A stretch of DNA of 64,000 bases from Acidobacteriota bacterium (GCA_963666215.2 CAXWPL010000002.1:608001-672000), one strand, 5' to 3'; shown: positions 1 through 15,851, counted from the first letter of the stretch. Notes: a model not told the origin generated them from the letters alone. Numbers and translations are program-made.

Positions 1-27
1 GGCGCAGCCAAAAGGGGCTTTGGGACA

Positions 28-807
28 GTGAGCGAGCCAGGACTGTTCGACGGTATCGACATCGTGCCGGGGCCCGAGACCGCGGGGGGCCGGTTACCGT
101 CGCTCATTCTGTGGGGCCCACCGGGCGTGGGCAAAACCACGATCGCTCGAATCCTTTCCGGGGCCGGAACCGGAGCTGCACCGTCGCGCGGACCCGATCC
201 GGCTGCATCGGCGGATTCCCGCCAGCGCTCGCGGCCACGCTTCGTCGAGTTGTCGGCCACCTCCAGCGGCGTACGGCAGGTCCGTGAAGTGATCGAGGGT
301 GCACGCAGCTATGCACAACGTTACCGGGGTGCAGATGGCGCTCCCGGTCGCACGATCCTGTTCATCGACGAGATTCATCGCTTCAACAAGTCGCAGCAGG
401 ACGCGCTCCTGCAGGCCGTCGAGAGCGGCACGATCACACTCATCGGCGCGACGACAGAAAACCCGTCGTTCGAGGTGGTTTCACCGCTGCTGTCGCGCTG
501 CCGAGTTGTGCGGCTCGAAGGTCTGGCGGCCGAGGACATTCAGGCGCTGCTGTCTCGCGCGCTCGCGGCGCCGGCACCGCGCGGGCTGGCCGGGCGCAAC
601 GTCGAAGTGTCCGACGAGATCGTCCGGCGCATCGCGGCGAGCTCCGACGGAGATGCGCGGTTCGCCCTGACCACGCTCGAGCTCGCCGTCGAGATCGCGG
701 CTGTTTCCGCGGCCGCGGAAGCGGCGCACCGCGCGCCGGACAGCGTCGATCATCGCCTCGGGCGAAGCCGGCGCCGTGCTCGGGCCGTCAACGTCACCTT
801 CACGTAG
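28..807 (+). pseudogene. rarA: Replication-associated recombination AAA+ ATPase (RarA/MgsA), truncated
   Basis: Motifs [49 protein letters not shown] and [11 protein letters not shown]. The usual N-terminal PLAxRMRP segment and the C-terminal MgsA domain are absent, and homology ends near 705. Confidence 0.85.
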
Positions 808-2476
808 CGCTGCAAGCAAGCGGTCGATTCCGAACGACTCGTCGCACGCGTCCGCCGTGTCCGTAAGGCCGTCCGTGAAGAAGGCGAGGCTCTCGTTCCC
901 CGTCAGCTGAACCCGATGAGTCGCGTACTCGCTGTCTGCGAACAGGTCCAGCGGCAGGCCGCCGCCGTAAAGATACTCGGTTCGCGATCTACCGAGTCGT
1001 ACCGGCGGAAGATGGCCGGCGTTGCAGTACAGGAGCTCGCCCGAGCGCCGATCGAGCAGCGAGAAAACAGCGGCGACGTACTGGTTTGCCGGGCTCGCCT
1101 CGTAGATCAGATGATTGAGGCGCGTGCACAACGCCGCTGGGTCAACGTTGGGCCCTACCAACAGCCGCACACCGGTTCGAACGGAGGCCATCAGCAACGC
1201 CGCCGAGAGCCCGTGGCCCGAGACGTCGGCAAGAACCAGGAGAACCCGATTCTCGTCAACCTCGATGGCGTCGAAGTAGTCGCCGCCCACTGCGCTCGAG
1301 GGCACATTGACGCCGGCGGCCTCGAAGTCCGGCAGGCGCAGCGGCTCGGACGGCAAGAGACTGAGTTGAATCTCACGAGAAAGCTCGAGATCGCGCTGGA
1401 ATTGTGCGTGCGCCAGCGTCCTTCCGTGGAGCCGTGCGGTGAGGATTGGCGAGGCCACCTGCGAGGCGATCAGCTCGGCGACTCGCAGGTCGCGCTCGCC
1501 GTAGAACGCTGGCGTGTCCGACTCCAGGTTCACCACGCCGATCGTCTGTCCGCCGCTGACAATCGGCACCGCCATCTCCGACTGCGTTGTTGGCCGCGCC
1601 TCTACATAGTCGGGATGGTCCGCCACCTGATCGATCATGTGGCCGCGGGAGGTTCTCAAGGTCAGACGAACGATGCCGCTCTCTTCGCCCAAGATTCCGG
1701 CGCTTACCTGATCCGGCGGGTAGCCTCGCTGCGCAGCCGCTCGCAGCTCGCCCGTGTCTTCGTCGACGAGAAAAATCGCCGCCGCATCGAAGGGGACGAC
1801 CTGCAGGAGCCCGTCGAAGACCTCCTGCAGCACGCTGTCGAGCTCGAGCGTGCGGCCGATCTCGCGGCTCACCTGCAGTAGCAGCTCGCGCTCAGCGACG
1901 TCCAGAGTGAGCTCGCGGAGCAGTGAGTCGTTCTCGGCCGCGATCACGATGTCGTTGGTGGCCGCCTCGAGAAGCTCTTGATCCGACTCGTCGAAGCCCT
2001 CGGCGCGCTCGCGAATCGCCGCGAGAAGTCCCACAACCTCCCGCCGCCGCCGCAGTGGCACGAGCAGCAGGGCTCGAGTCTGTACACCAAAAGCGTGCTC
2101 CAACGTGTGCCCGTACTTCTGCGTCGGTACGCGCGTCCTCGAGGCGTAGGGAGAGCCCCTCACGCCGCACCCGTGCACCGAGGCCGCGGTCCGTGCGCAA
2201 CAGCGCAGTCTCCACCGCCCCGCCGTCCTTGCGCACAAACGACGCACAAAGGTCGTCTCGCTTTGCCGACGGCGCTGCCAGGCACAGCGACATCGCGTCG
2301 TCATCCAGGTGTTCGGCGAGCTGGCGCAGCACACTTTCGAGCTGGGTCCGCAGGTCGGTCTCGTCGTCGAACGTGGTGGAGATTCGTCGAAGCAGTCGAA
2401 GTCGCTCGCGGGTGCCGTCCAGGTGAAGGGCAACGCTGCCGCTCGCAGCAGGGGTCGCAGGTGTATCGGGCGGCAT
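705..2476 (-). CDS. GAF-GAF-PP2C (SpoIIE/RsbU-like) serine phosphatase; frameshift near 2120, C-terminus lost
   Basis: The N-terminal GAF is in ORF 1892..2476 and continues in the 481..2526 frame (second [32 protein letters not shown]). The final DDxT motif is missing where it runs into rarA. Confidence 0.8.
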
Positions 2477-2553
2477 GATGTCAGGCGTGTCTCACGTGGG
2501 CTGTTGGATGGCACCCGATGACGCAATGCGTCGACAGCGTCCGGGCGACGGGC

Positions 2554-5127
<2,574 letters not shown>

Positions 5128-5278
5128 GAACGTCTTGCCTCACGACGGGCGGGGCTCGGAGAGCGGGGCCCTCGTTAGGAGAGTGGTGCCTGGACTGATC
5201 GTAACTCGGCGGCCCACGCACGACCTGCACGGCGGGCGTCTCCTCCGAGACAAATCGACGGCTGGCTCTACTTGATCG

Positions 5279-6491
5279 CTACTTGGAGTCGGCCTCGGGC
5301 CGCGAACGAGGCTCGTAGGGGCGTTTCTCTTGGAGCTCCCGCATCAAGCGCTTGACCTCCGAATCGATCGGCGGCATTTCAACGGCAACCCGTACGACGA
5401 GGTCTCCTCGAACGGCGGAATTAGAGGGATTGGAGCCGGAGCGCTTCACCGGGCGTTTGACAAGCCCCTGCCCACGCACTCGGAGTAGCTGCTCGTTACG
5501 GGTGCCCTCGGGAAGGTTGATTCGAGTTGTTCCATTCAGCGTCGGTACAGTCACCGGGCCGCCAAGGACCGCCTCGTAGACCGTGACCGGGAGTGTCGTA
5601 CGCAGGTCGTTGCCGCGAACTTCGAAACGTGGGTGGGGCTGCTACTTGGAGTCGGCCTCGGGCCGCGAACGAGGCTCGTAACGCATCAAGCGCTTGACCT
5701 CGAATCGATCGGCGGCATTTCAACGGCAACCCGACAGCAATCTCGACGTTGAGGTCCCCCGCCGGCCTGCCGCCGCTCGCCGGGTTGCCCTTGCCCTTGA
5801 CGCGCACGCGACTGCCGTCGCGCACACCGGCAGGAACACGAACCCTCGTCGTTTGCCGATGCAGCTCCTCGCCGCTGCCCTTGCAGTGACTGCAGCCCGC
5901 GCCGCCGCAAGAAGTGCACATCGCTGGCTGACGGTAGGCGATGGTCTTTTCCACTCCCGCCACGGCATCCTCGAGCGTGAGCTGCAACCGCACAGTGACA
6001 TTGCGGCCGTCCTTCCCCTGTGGAGTACGGGGCCCCGGGCTTGGGCCGCTCGCTGCCGGCCGAGGAGGTGCGTCGCCAAAAGGCCCCGCGCCTCTGCCGC
6101 CGGCCCCACCGAGAAGGCCCTCGAGCAAATCGTCGAGGTTCCCCACACCGCCTCGCGCCCCTGCCGCCCCCGACCCACGGATCCCACCAACGCGGAAGCC
6201 TCCCAGTCCGCCGCCCAAAAACTGCCCGAACTGGGCAGCGAAATCGGAAGGGTCGAACTGCTGCGCGAACGCCTCTGGGCCCACGCTGTCGTACTTGCGC
6301 CGGCGTTCTGGGTCGCCAAGGACGTGGTAGGCCTCAGACACGGCCTTGAAGCGTTCTTCGGCGCCTGCATCGCCCGGATTCACATCCGGGTGGAGCTTCC
6401 GCGCGAGCTTGCGGTAGGCACGCTTGATCTCCTCTTGTGGCGCCGACTTGTCGACGCCGAGCGCGGAGTAGTAGTCCTTGCGCGTGGCCAA
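5279..6491 (-). CDS. dnaJ: DnaJ-class chaperone, interrupted by a 91-bp insertion (5642..5732)
   Basis: J-domain KDYY...HPD, G/F-rich region, reduced Zn finger ([14 protein letters not shown]) and C-terminal domain. Removing 5642..5732 restores [19 protein letters not shown] in frame. TTG start at 6491, 1 nt after the clpB stop. Confidence 0.9.
5642..5732. repeat. Degenerate copy of the dnaJ 3' end (5279..5391) inserted in mid-dnaJ
   Basis: ctacttggagtcggcctcgggccgcgaacgaggctcgta...caacggcaaccc occurs at both sites. The inserted copy is 22 bp shorter. Confidence 0.9.
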
Positions 6492-6492
6492 G

Positions 6493-9167
<2,675 letters not shown>

Positions 9168-9171
<4 letters not shown>

Positions 9172-9932
9172 CTGGTCGCTCCTGCTCTTGCTGACGCTCT
9201 TTGTACCGTCGTTGTCGCCCTGCCGATCCGAATCTGTGCCACCACCGGCCCCAATAAGTCGTACCCCGTGGCGCTCTCGCGCCCGCTCACGAGCTCCAGC
9301 GTCCCCGCGCTTGCGCCACTGCCGACTCGCGTGGTGCGCAACAGATGGCTGCCCGCTCCACCCCGCGCCTGCGCCACCACCAGGTCGTCACGCCGTAGCG
9401 CCGCCGACGGGTCGACAACCAACAGATCGCCACTGCCAACTCCATGTGGAAGTTGCTCGGCGCGATTCGACACCACTCGGACGACGATCGACCCGCGTGG
9501 TGCCAACCGTTCGTCGAGCTGGAGACTGTCGGTGGGGTCGCCGACCGATCGCAGTCGGTCCTGGCTCGGTACGTCCCCGAGCACCGGAATCAGCCGCACC
9601 CGCGGGCTTTGCAGATTGCCCTGAGCGGACGCCCCTCTCTCGGCCAGTCGCTCGGCGCGCGTTGCTCCGTGTTCGCCCCTGGCACGGGTCTTGGTTCGAC
9701 CCGTGGAGGCGCCCTGTTTAACGATCGTGAGCTGAATGCCGCGCGAAATCCCCGCCCGGCGGCGGATGAAACCCTTGCGTTCAATGGCCTTGAGATGGTC
9801 GGAAATGCCCGCCACCGAGCGCAGATCGAAGGCCCGGGCGATCTCGACCAGGCTTGGCGGTAGACCCTTGTTGCGGACTTGCCGCACGATGAACTGATAG
9901 ATCTCGTGCTGCCGCTGAGTTAGGCGTTGCAT
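9168..9932 (-). CDS. LexA-like repressor with intact DNA-binding domain and degenerate S24 peptidase domain
   Basis: MQRLTQRQHEIYQFI...GLPPSLVEIARAFDLRS...HLKAIERKGFIRR...SRGI is a LexA winged HTH. The C-domain keeps IPVLG and GDLLVV but lacks the Ala-Gly site, GxSM serine and catalytic Lys. ATGA overlap with clpB. Confidence 0.85.
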
Positions 9933-9939
9933 GTCCGCC

Positions 9940-9966
9940 ATTATACCGAACATTTGTTCGGTATAA
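9940..9966 (-). promoter_or_regulatory. 26-bp palindromic operator with CGAAC-N4-GTTCG SOS-type box overlapping a TATAAT -10
   Basis: ttataccgaaca-tt-tgttcggtataa at 9941..9966. Minus-strand TATAAT at 9945..9940 lies 7 nt before the ATG at 9932. Confidence 0.85.
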
Positions 9967-9979
9967 AAGCCTTGTTCAG

Positions 9980-10639
9980 CTACCGCATAACCACGGTCTC
10001 GGGCCCTTGTGCCTGGAGCCAGGGGCAGATGTCGGCCAACGAGCAGCGACGGCACTCCGGCTTGCGGGCTTTGCACAGATAACGCCCATGCCAGATGAAC
10101 AGGCGCGAGATATCGGCCCAACTCGATTCTGGGTAGAGCTCCTGAAGCCGATTCTCCACCTGCAGGGGGTCGGTGGTGGCTGCCAGGCCCAATCGGTGGC
10201 TGACGCGCTTGCAGTGCGTGTCGACGGCGATTCCAGGAAGACCGAACGCGACCGCTCGGATAACGTTGGCTGTCTTGCGGCCGACGCCGGGAAGCGCGGT
10301 GAGGTCTTCCATGCCTGTCGGCACCTCACCGTCGTGATGTTTGAGCAGAAGCTTGCCGCAACCGATCAGGCGTTTCGCCTTCTGCCGGAAGAAGCCTGTC
10401 GCGTGGACATCCTCCTCGAGCTCTGAGAGGTCCGCATCGGCGTACGACTGCGCGTCCGGGTACTTGGCAAACAGCTCCGGGGTCACCAGATTCACGCGCT
10501 TGTCGGTGGATTGGGCGGAGAGAATCGTCGCAATCAGCAGTTGCAGCGGCGTCTCGTAGTCGAGCTCAACGCGGGCGTCGAGATGCTGGGCGCTCAGCCG
10601 TTCGAGGATCTCGGCGGCCCGGTCGGTGTCGGGGGCCAT
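9980..10639 (-). CDS. nth: Endonuclease III
   Basis: LLIATILSAQSTD, HhH LPGVGRKTANV, VDTH, and Fe-S motif CKARKPECRRCSLADIC. Confidence 0.97.
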   Translation of the reverse strand: MAPDTDRAAEILERLSAQHLDARVELDYETPLQLLIATILSAQSTDKRVNLVTPELFAKYPDAQSYADADLSELEEDVHATGFFRQKAKRLIGCGKLLLKHHDGEVPTGMEDLTALPGVGRKTANVIRAVAFGLPGIAVDTHCKRVSHRLGLAATTDPLQVENRLQELYPESSWADISRLFIWHGRYLCKARKPECRRCSLADICPWLQAQGPETVVMR

Positions 10640-10706
10640 CTACGACCTCCATCTTACTGGCACCAGGCGTCAGGCTGACCGGATGGTGCATGGGGCCACT
10701 TGGGAA

Positions 10707-11714
10707 TCAGGCGGCCGATACCGCCGACAGCTCGCGTGGTTCCGGGGCGCCATCTGGCCGGATCGCCGCCAGCGACCCCGGCTGGGTCATCGGCACCTCG
10801 CCGAGCATACGGCAGAATCCGCAGATCTCCACCGGCGATGGCATGCGGCAGCGGCGGCAGTATGCGAGAGGGATCTCGTCTCCGAGGTCAGGCCCTTGGA
10901 AGAGCGCTCGCTGCCGCAGGTAGCCGTCGAAGAAGCGTCGCTTCGAGCCGTGCGCCGCCACTTCGAGCTGGTTGAGCAGCTCCTTGTGAAGGATCGATGT
11001 AGCGCCGACCGAGTTCGGGCACTCCTCGTGGTAGTAGGGAATGCCCCCGAGGAAGGCGTACATCGCTGTCTCTCGCTCAGTGAAGTAGCAGAACGGCTTG
11101 ATCTTCTTCATCAAGCGGTCGCCGCGTTGCACAGAGAGAGGCGACTGTTTCGATAGGTAGTAGGTGTCCCACGACAGCACGTTGCCGAAGAGTGCAGCCA
11201 CCTCGTCGTCAAGATTGTGGCCGGTGGCAACGCAGTCGTAGCCTCCCTCGAAGGCGACGCGGTTCATGACGTAACGCTTGACGACGCCGCAGGCCGAGCA
11301 GATGGGCCTCGAGCCCCGGCTGACGTCCGGGACCGTGCGCTCGATCATGGTTCGAAGGTCAACGACCCAAAGCGGTCGGTCGAGATCGACAGCCAGCTGC
11401 CGGACGTAGTCGGTTGACTTCGCCGAGTAGCCCTCCCCGGGGGCGGCGCCTTGGCCATCGTCGTCGATTCCCAGGTCGATCACCAAGCCGTCGGCCTGAT
11501 AGCCGAGGTCGACCAATACGCGCCACAGCGCCTGACTGTCTTTGCCACCCGACACGGCAACCAGAATGCGCTCGTCGCGCCGCAGCATCCCGAACTTACG
11601 GATAGCCTTCTTGGTGTAGCTTGGAAACCAATCGAGGTAGCAAGGCTGGCAGAGTGCCATGCGATGCTGCGGGATCTCGGCCACAGCTCGGTCGCTGCAC
11701 AACTTGCACCTCAT
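10707..11714 (-). CDS. ttuA: TtuA/Ncs6-type tRNA 2-thiolation protein
   Basis: N-terminal CKLC/CQPC, PP-loop SGGKDS, CSAC, TGHNLDD, ECP and C-terminal CRRC/CGFC. ATGA overlap with the upstream ubiquitin-like gene. Confidence 0.85.
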   Translation of the reverse strand: MRCKLCSDRAVAEIPQHRMALCQPCYLDWFPSYTKKAIRKFGMLRRDERILVAVSGGKDSQALWRVLVDLGYQADGLVIDLGIDDDGQGAAPGEGYSAKSTDYVRQLAVDLDRPLWVVDLRTMIERTVPDVSRGSRPICSACGVVKRYVMNRVAFEGGYDCVATGHNLDDEVAALFGNVLSWDTYYLSKQSPLSVQRGDRLMKKIKPFCYFTERETAMYAFLGGIPYYHEECPNSVGATSILHKELLNQLEVAAHGSKRRFFDGYLRQRALFQGPDLGDEIPLAYCRRCRMPSPVEICGFCRMLGEVPMTQPGSLAAIRPDGAPEPRELSAVSAA

Positions 11715-11995
11715 GCGTCCGGTCCCCCGTCCCGCCGAATGTCGAGGCTGAGGTTGCCGAGCGACGGCCGCGTGCCGCAATCAAACAAGGCTGCCGGCTG
11801 TTTCTTGCTCCCACCCGAGATCGCTCGGACGATCTCGACATCGTCTTCGAGCATGATGCGATGGTCGCTGGTCACCAGGTTACCGTTGACCGCCACGATT
11901 ACGCCTTCCGGCACCACGCGAAGCTTTTTGAGGAGCTTGCGCACGGTCATCGGGCAGTGAAACGTGTAGGTCTTGCTTCCGTAGCGCACGTTCAT
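11711..11995 (-). CDS. ThiS/MoaD-like sulfur carrier (TtuB-like) with a 32-aa extension after the GG
   Basis: VIVAVNGNLV...DDVEIVRAISGG followed by SKKQ...GGPDA. Confidence 0.8.
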   Translation of the reverse strand: MNVRYGSKTYTFHCPMTVRKLLKKLRVVPEGVIVAVNGNLVTSDHRIMLEDDVEIVRAISGGSKKQPAALFDCGTRPSLGNLSLDIRRDGGPDA

Positions 11996-13044
11996 GGATT
12001 TGTTGCAGGTGGATCTGTGGATGACTCCGACAAAGCGCCAGACTCCCCCGCCGTATCGGCATGATCAGCATGATCGGCACGATCGGCTGCTTCGGGCTCG
12101 CCCGAACCCGCCTCGCCGTCGATTCCAGCCGATTCGAGAGTGTCGTCGGACTCGGAGCCTGTTGCGGCATCGGTGTCGACTGTGACCTCCTCCGCGCCCT
12201 CTTCGGGCGGCGGCAGGGGGTACGCCTTCACAGCGCTCGTAAGCAGCTGAGTGTGCCCGATCATCCGATGCGCCGGACGTGTTCTGCCAGGGCGTGCCAG
12301 GATCTCGCGGATCAAGATCTCGACGGTCTCGACCATGGCAAAGCCCTGGCCGTGGAGCGCCGCTGCCAAGCGCTCGACTTGATTGTACGTGGGGACCCCG
12401 GCGGCAAATCGTCCGCTGCCTCGCAGGGCGTCGAAGATCACCGGCAACTCCACCCATGGCTCGGGAATATCGCAAAAGACGGCGTCTACTCGCGGCTCGA
12501 GCGGATCCTCTGGCTCGCGCGAACGAAACTCGATAACGTCGGCGACACCCGACGCAATACAGTTGCTGGCCGCCAAGTCGAGAAACTCGGGGCGTCGATC
12601 GTAGCTGTAGAGGCGACCACCCGGAGAGATGGCGCGAGCCAGCGCTTGGGACATGGCGCCAGATCCGCAGCCGATCTCGACCACGCGTGAGCCCGGACCG
12701 ATATCGAGCCCTGCGAGGAGCTGAGCGACATCTTTGGGATACATGATGTTGGTGCGTCGGTGGACCTTCATCATGCGATCGAGCCACGTGGGTCGCAGTG
12801 CCAAAACTTCCCGGCCGCTCAGCGTCCGCAATCGACTCCCCCAAGGGCGCCCGATGAGGTCGTTGTGATCGATGGCACCGCGGTGCGTCGAGTGGCGACG
12901 CCCTGGCGCCAGCCGAATCAGGAAGGTCTTGCCGTCTTCCAGGACCAAGAGCACCTGGTCGCCGGCCTCGAGAGGGCCTTCCTCGCGGGCCTCGGGAGCT
13001 GCTTCCGTGGCGTCGGTGGCTTCGCGAACCAGCTCACTACTCAT
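11992..13044 (-). CDS. trmI: tRNA (adenine-58-N1)-methyltransferase
   Basis: STHRG, NIMYPKD, VVEIGCGSG, DIPEPW and RPAHRMIGHT motifs, with an acidic tail. Confidence 0.9.
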   Translation of the reverse strand: MSSELVREATDATEAAPEAREEGPLEAGDQVLLVLEDGKTFLIRLAPGRRHSTHRGAIDHNDLIGRPWGSRLRTLSGREVLALRPTWLDRMMKVHRRTNIMYPKDVAQLLAGLDIGPGSRVVEIGCGSGAMSQALARAISPGGRLYSYDRRPEFLDLAASNCIASGVADVIEFRSREPEDPLEPRVDAVFCDIPEPWVELPVIFDALRGSGRFAAGVPTYNQVERLAAALHGQGFAMVETVEILIREILARPGRTRPAHRMIGHTQLLTSAVKAYPLPPPEEGAEEVTVDTDAATGSESDDTLESAGIDGEAGSGEPEAADRADHADHADTAGESGALSESSTDPPATNP

Positions 13045-13254
13045 ACGGGGTCGGCCAGGGCTAGAAGCGAGGAGAGCGGCCGGCGGAGTCGATAGGCCCT
13101 TGTGCGGTGTTACTCGGCGTTGATCGACTCGTGGCGGCAGCGGGGCGCCGGCGGCCCGGCGAGCGGGCCCCGCCGCGCGGGATACCAAGAGAGCCGAACT
13201 TTAGCACGGAAGATGCCACCGTCCGTGGCCTCGCCCGCGACCACGCGGTGTCGT

Positions 13255-14628
13255 TCAGAACGGGTGCACAGCGACCTCAGCGCCCGCCGGCAACTCCTCG
13301 ATGTCGGGCTCGATCTCGACCCAGCCGTGGGCCCGCGACAGGCTTGTGACGGCACTCGAGAAAGAGTATGTCGGCCTCGCATAGCTCCGGCCTCGGTCGA
13401 CGTCGATAGCCACCGGCAATAGCTGAGTCTTGCCGCGTGGAGAGCGCACGGGGTCGGTCAACGTCGCGACCGCCGTGGCTGTTCGAAAATGATCCCAGGC
13501 GGTGCCGCTGCCCCCGACCTTTCCGTCGATGCCGACATGGATTCCGCCGCCGAGTCGTGCGACCATCGGGCGTAACAGAGCATAGGCGAGCATCAGACAA
13601 GAGGCCGCGAATCCCGGCAGGCCGACGACCGGACGGTCCCCGACGCGTGCCAGCAGCAGGGGTTTTCCGGGCTTCGCTGCAACGCCGTGCAGCAGCACTT
13701 CGCCGATCCCTTCGATCACCGGCACAACCAGATCGCGGCGACCGACAGAAGTGCCGCCGGTCGTTACGACAAGATCAAACCCCGGTCGCCGAATCGCATC
13801 GGTGAGAGCTTCTGGAGTGTCGGATGCGATCTCGCCTTGCTCCACCTCCGCGCCGACGCCACGCAGCATTACGAGCAGGGCGGCCGCGTTGGAATCGTGC
13901 ACCTGGCCGTGAGCGAGCTCTTCACCGAGCGACACCACCTCGTCGCCTGTTGCAACGACGAGCACCCGCGGGCGGCAGCGCACCCGAATCTGGGCTCGGC
14001 CGGCAGCGGCAATCGCGCCCGTGAGCGCTGCGCCGACGATCTGGCCTGCCTGAGCTACGCGGTCGCCACGCGCCAGGTCCTCTCCAACCACGGAGACGTG
14101 CCGACCGGGATCGAGCGATCGCGCCACTGTCACGTAGGTTGTGGCGCCGCCGTCGGAGGTCGACGCCGATGTCCATTCCACCGGCACGACGGCATCGGCA
14201 CCCGAGGGCAACGGAGCTCCGGTGGCGATCTCGACGCAGGTCGACGCTTGTACTGCAACATGTCCTCCAGTTGCCCCTGTCGCGGCGGAGGCACCGGCCG
14301 CAACACGGCCGCGGCACTCGAGCACGACCACGGATTCTGCCGTTGCGCCCTGCACGTCGCCGGCGCGCACCGCGTATCCGTCCATAGCAGCACGGTCGAT
14401 CGCGGGCACGTCGTGTTGCGCGGTCACGTCCTCGACCAGCACTCGCTGCGCGCTGTCGACGAGCGGCAACACTTCGCTCCGGACAACCGGCTGTGCCAGT
14501 TGCGCCGCAAGCTCGAGCGCGTGCTTGAAGGTGGCGAGTCGTGCGGCCGAGAAAGGGCGCATCTGGGCTCGCTCGCCGCTGCCGTCCAACTCGTCGCCCC
14601 CGACATCCTGCGGGTGTCCGTCTTGCAT
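13255..14628 (-). CDS. moeA: Molybdopterin molybdotransferase
   Basis: AAMDGYAV, IATGAPLP, ATGDEV, TTGGTSVG, KPGKP, GLPG. Confidence 0.92.
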   Translation of the reverse strand: MQDGHPQDVGGDELDGSGERAQMRPFSAARLATFKHALELAAQLAQPVVRSEVLPLVDSAQRVLVEDVTAQHDVPAIDRAAMDGYAVRAGDVQGATAESVVVLECRGRVAAGASAATGATGGHVAVQASTCVEIATGAPLPSGADAVVPVEWTSASTSDGGATTYVTVARSLDPGRHVSVVGEDLARGDRVAQAGQIVGAALTGAIAAAGRAQIRVRCRPRVLVVATGDEVVSLGEELAHGQVHDSNAAALLVMLRGVGAEVEQGEIASDTPEALTDAIRRPGFDLVVTTGGTSVGRRDLVVPVIEGIGEVLLHGVAAKPGKPLLLARVGDRPVVGLPGFAASCLMLAYALLRPMVARLGGGIHVGIDGKVGGSGTAWDHFRTATAVATLTDPVRSPRGKTQLLPVAIDVDRGRSYARPTYSFSSAVTSLSRAHGWVEIEPDIEELPAGAEVAVHPF

Positions 14629-14705
14629 GCGCCGCAGTCTAGCGTGCTGATCGCCAGCTGCTGTGTTCGCGCGTCTCGACTGTGGCCGCTGCTAGACTGC
14701 CGGCG

Positions 14706-15851
14706 ATGAACAGCCAGGACCTCACAGCGCAGATCGTAGGCGAAGCCCTCGCTGTTGGATTCGACACCTGTGGCGTCGCTGCCGTCGAGCAGATCGAAGC
14801 TGCACCTCGGCTACGGCAATGGCTTGCCGACGGGATGCACGGCAGCATGGCCTGGATCGAGCGTAGCGTCGACAAGCGCACCGATCCGTGCGAGGTGGTT
14901 CCCGGAGCACGATCGGTGCTGCTCGCCACGTCGAGCTATTTCGTCGAGGACGAGCCGAGTTCCGATCCGGCGCGGGCGTGCATCTCCAGATACGCCTGGG
15001 GCGAGGAGTACCATGAGGTCCTCGGCGGCCGCATGCAACGGCTCTACGAGCGCGTTCAGGAGCTCGTTCCGGCGGTCCAGGGCCGCTGGTATGTCGACAC
15101 CGGTCCGGTGCTCGAGAAAGCGTGGGCCGAACGCGCCGGCCTCGGCTGGATCGGCAAGCACACCAACCTGATCGACGAGCGTTGCGGGTCGTGGTTCTTT
15201 CTCGCAGCGCTGGTGTTGGACGTCGAGCTGCAACCGGGCGTCCCACCACCCGATCGTTGCGGCAGCTGCACGGCGTGTATCGACGTTTGCCCAACTGATG
15301 CCATCGTGGCTCCGTACGTCCTCGACGCGCGTCGTTGCATTTCCTACCTCACGATCGAGAACCGTGGCCCGATTCCGATGGAGTACCGCGACGCCATCGG
15401 CAACAGGGTGTTCGGCTGCGACGACTGCCAGGAGGTGTGCCCTTGGAATCGCTACGCCACGCTGTCGCACCATGCGCAGGAATTCGCGCCGCGCCCGGAG
15501 AATCATCAGCCCTGGCTTGCTGATCTGCTCGAGCTCAGCCAGGAGCAGTTCTCACGCCGCTTTCGACGCAGCCCCATCAAGAGAGCCAAGCGCGCCGGCC
15601 TGCTGCGCAACGTGGCCGTGGCGCTCGGTAACTCCGGAGATCGAGAACAGGTGCAGCCGCTGCTGCGAGCCCTGACTGACAGCGAGCCGCTTGTCCGCGG
15701 GCACGCGGCTTGGGCCCTCGGGAAGCTGGGAGGTGACGCGGCACGCAACGGGCTGCATGAAGCCGCCAACGTCGAGTCCGACGACTACGTTGCAGGTGAG
15801 CTCCGCGCCGCGTTACAGGCCTCAGGACGCGCCGCGAGTGGCCCATGCTAA
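14706..15851 (+). CDS. queG: Epoxyqueuosine reductase
   Basis: SRYAWGEEYH, VDTGPVLE, GWIGK, CGSCTACIDVCPT, GCDDCQEVCPWN and a HEAT tail. Confidence 0.95.
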   Translation: MNSQDLTAQIVGEALAVGFDTCGVAAVEQIEAAPRLRQWLADGMHGSMAWIERSVDKRTDPCEVVPGARSVLLATSSYFVEDEPSSDPARACISRYAWGEEYHEVLGGRMQRLYERVQELVPAVQGRWYVDTGPVLEKAWAERAGLGWIGKHTNLIDERCGSWFFLAALVLDVELQPGVPPPDRCGSCTACIDVCPTDAIVAPYVLDARRCISYLTIENRGPIPMEYRDAIGNRVFGCDDCQEVCPWNRYATLSHHAQEFAPRPENHQPWLADLLELSQEQFSRRFRRSPIKRAKRAGLLRNVAVALGNSGDREQVQPLLRALTDSEPLVRGHAAWALGKLGGDAARNGLHEAANVESDDYVAGELRAALQASGRAASGPC

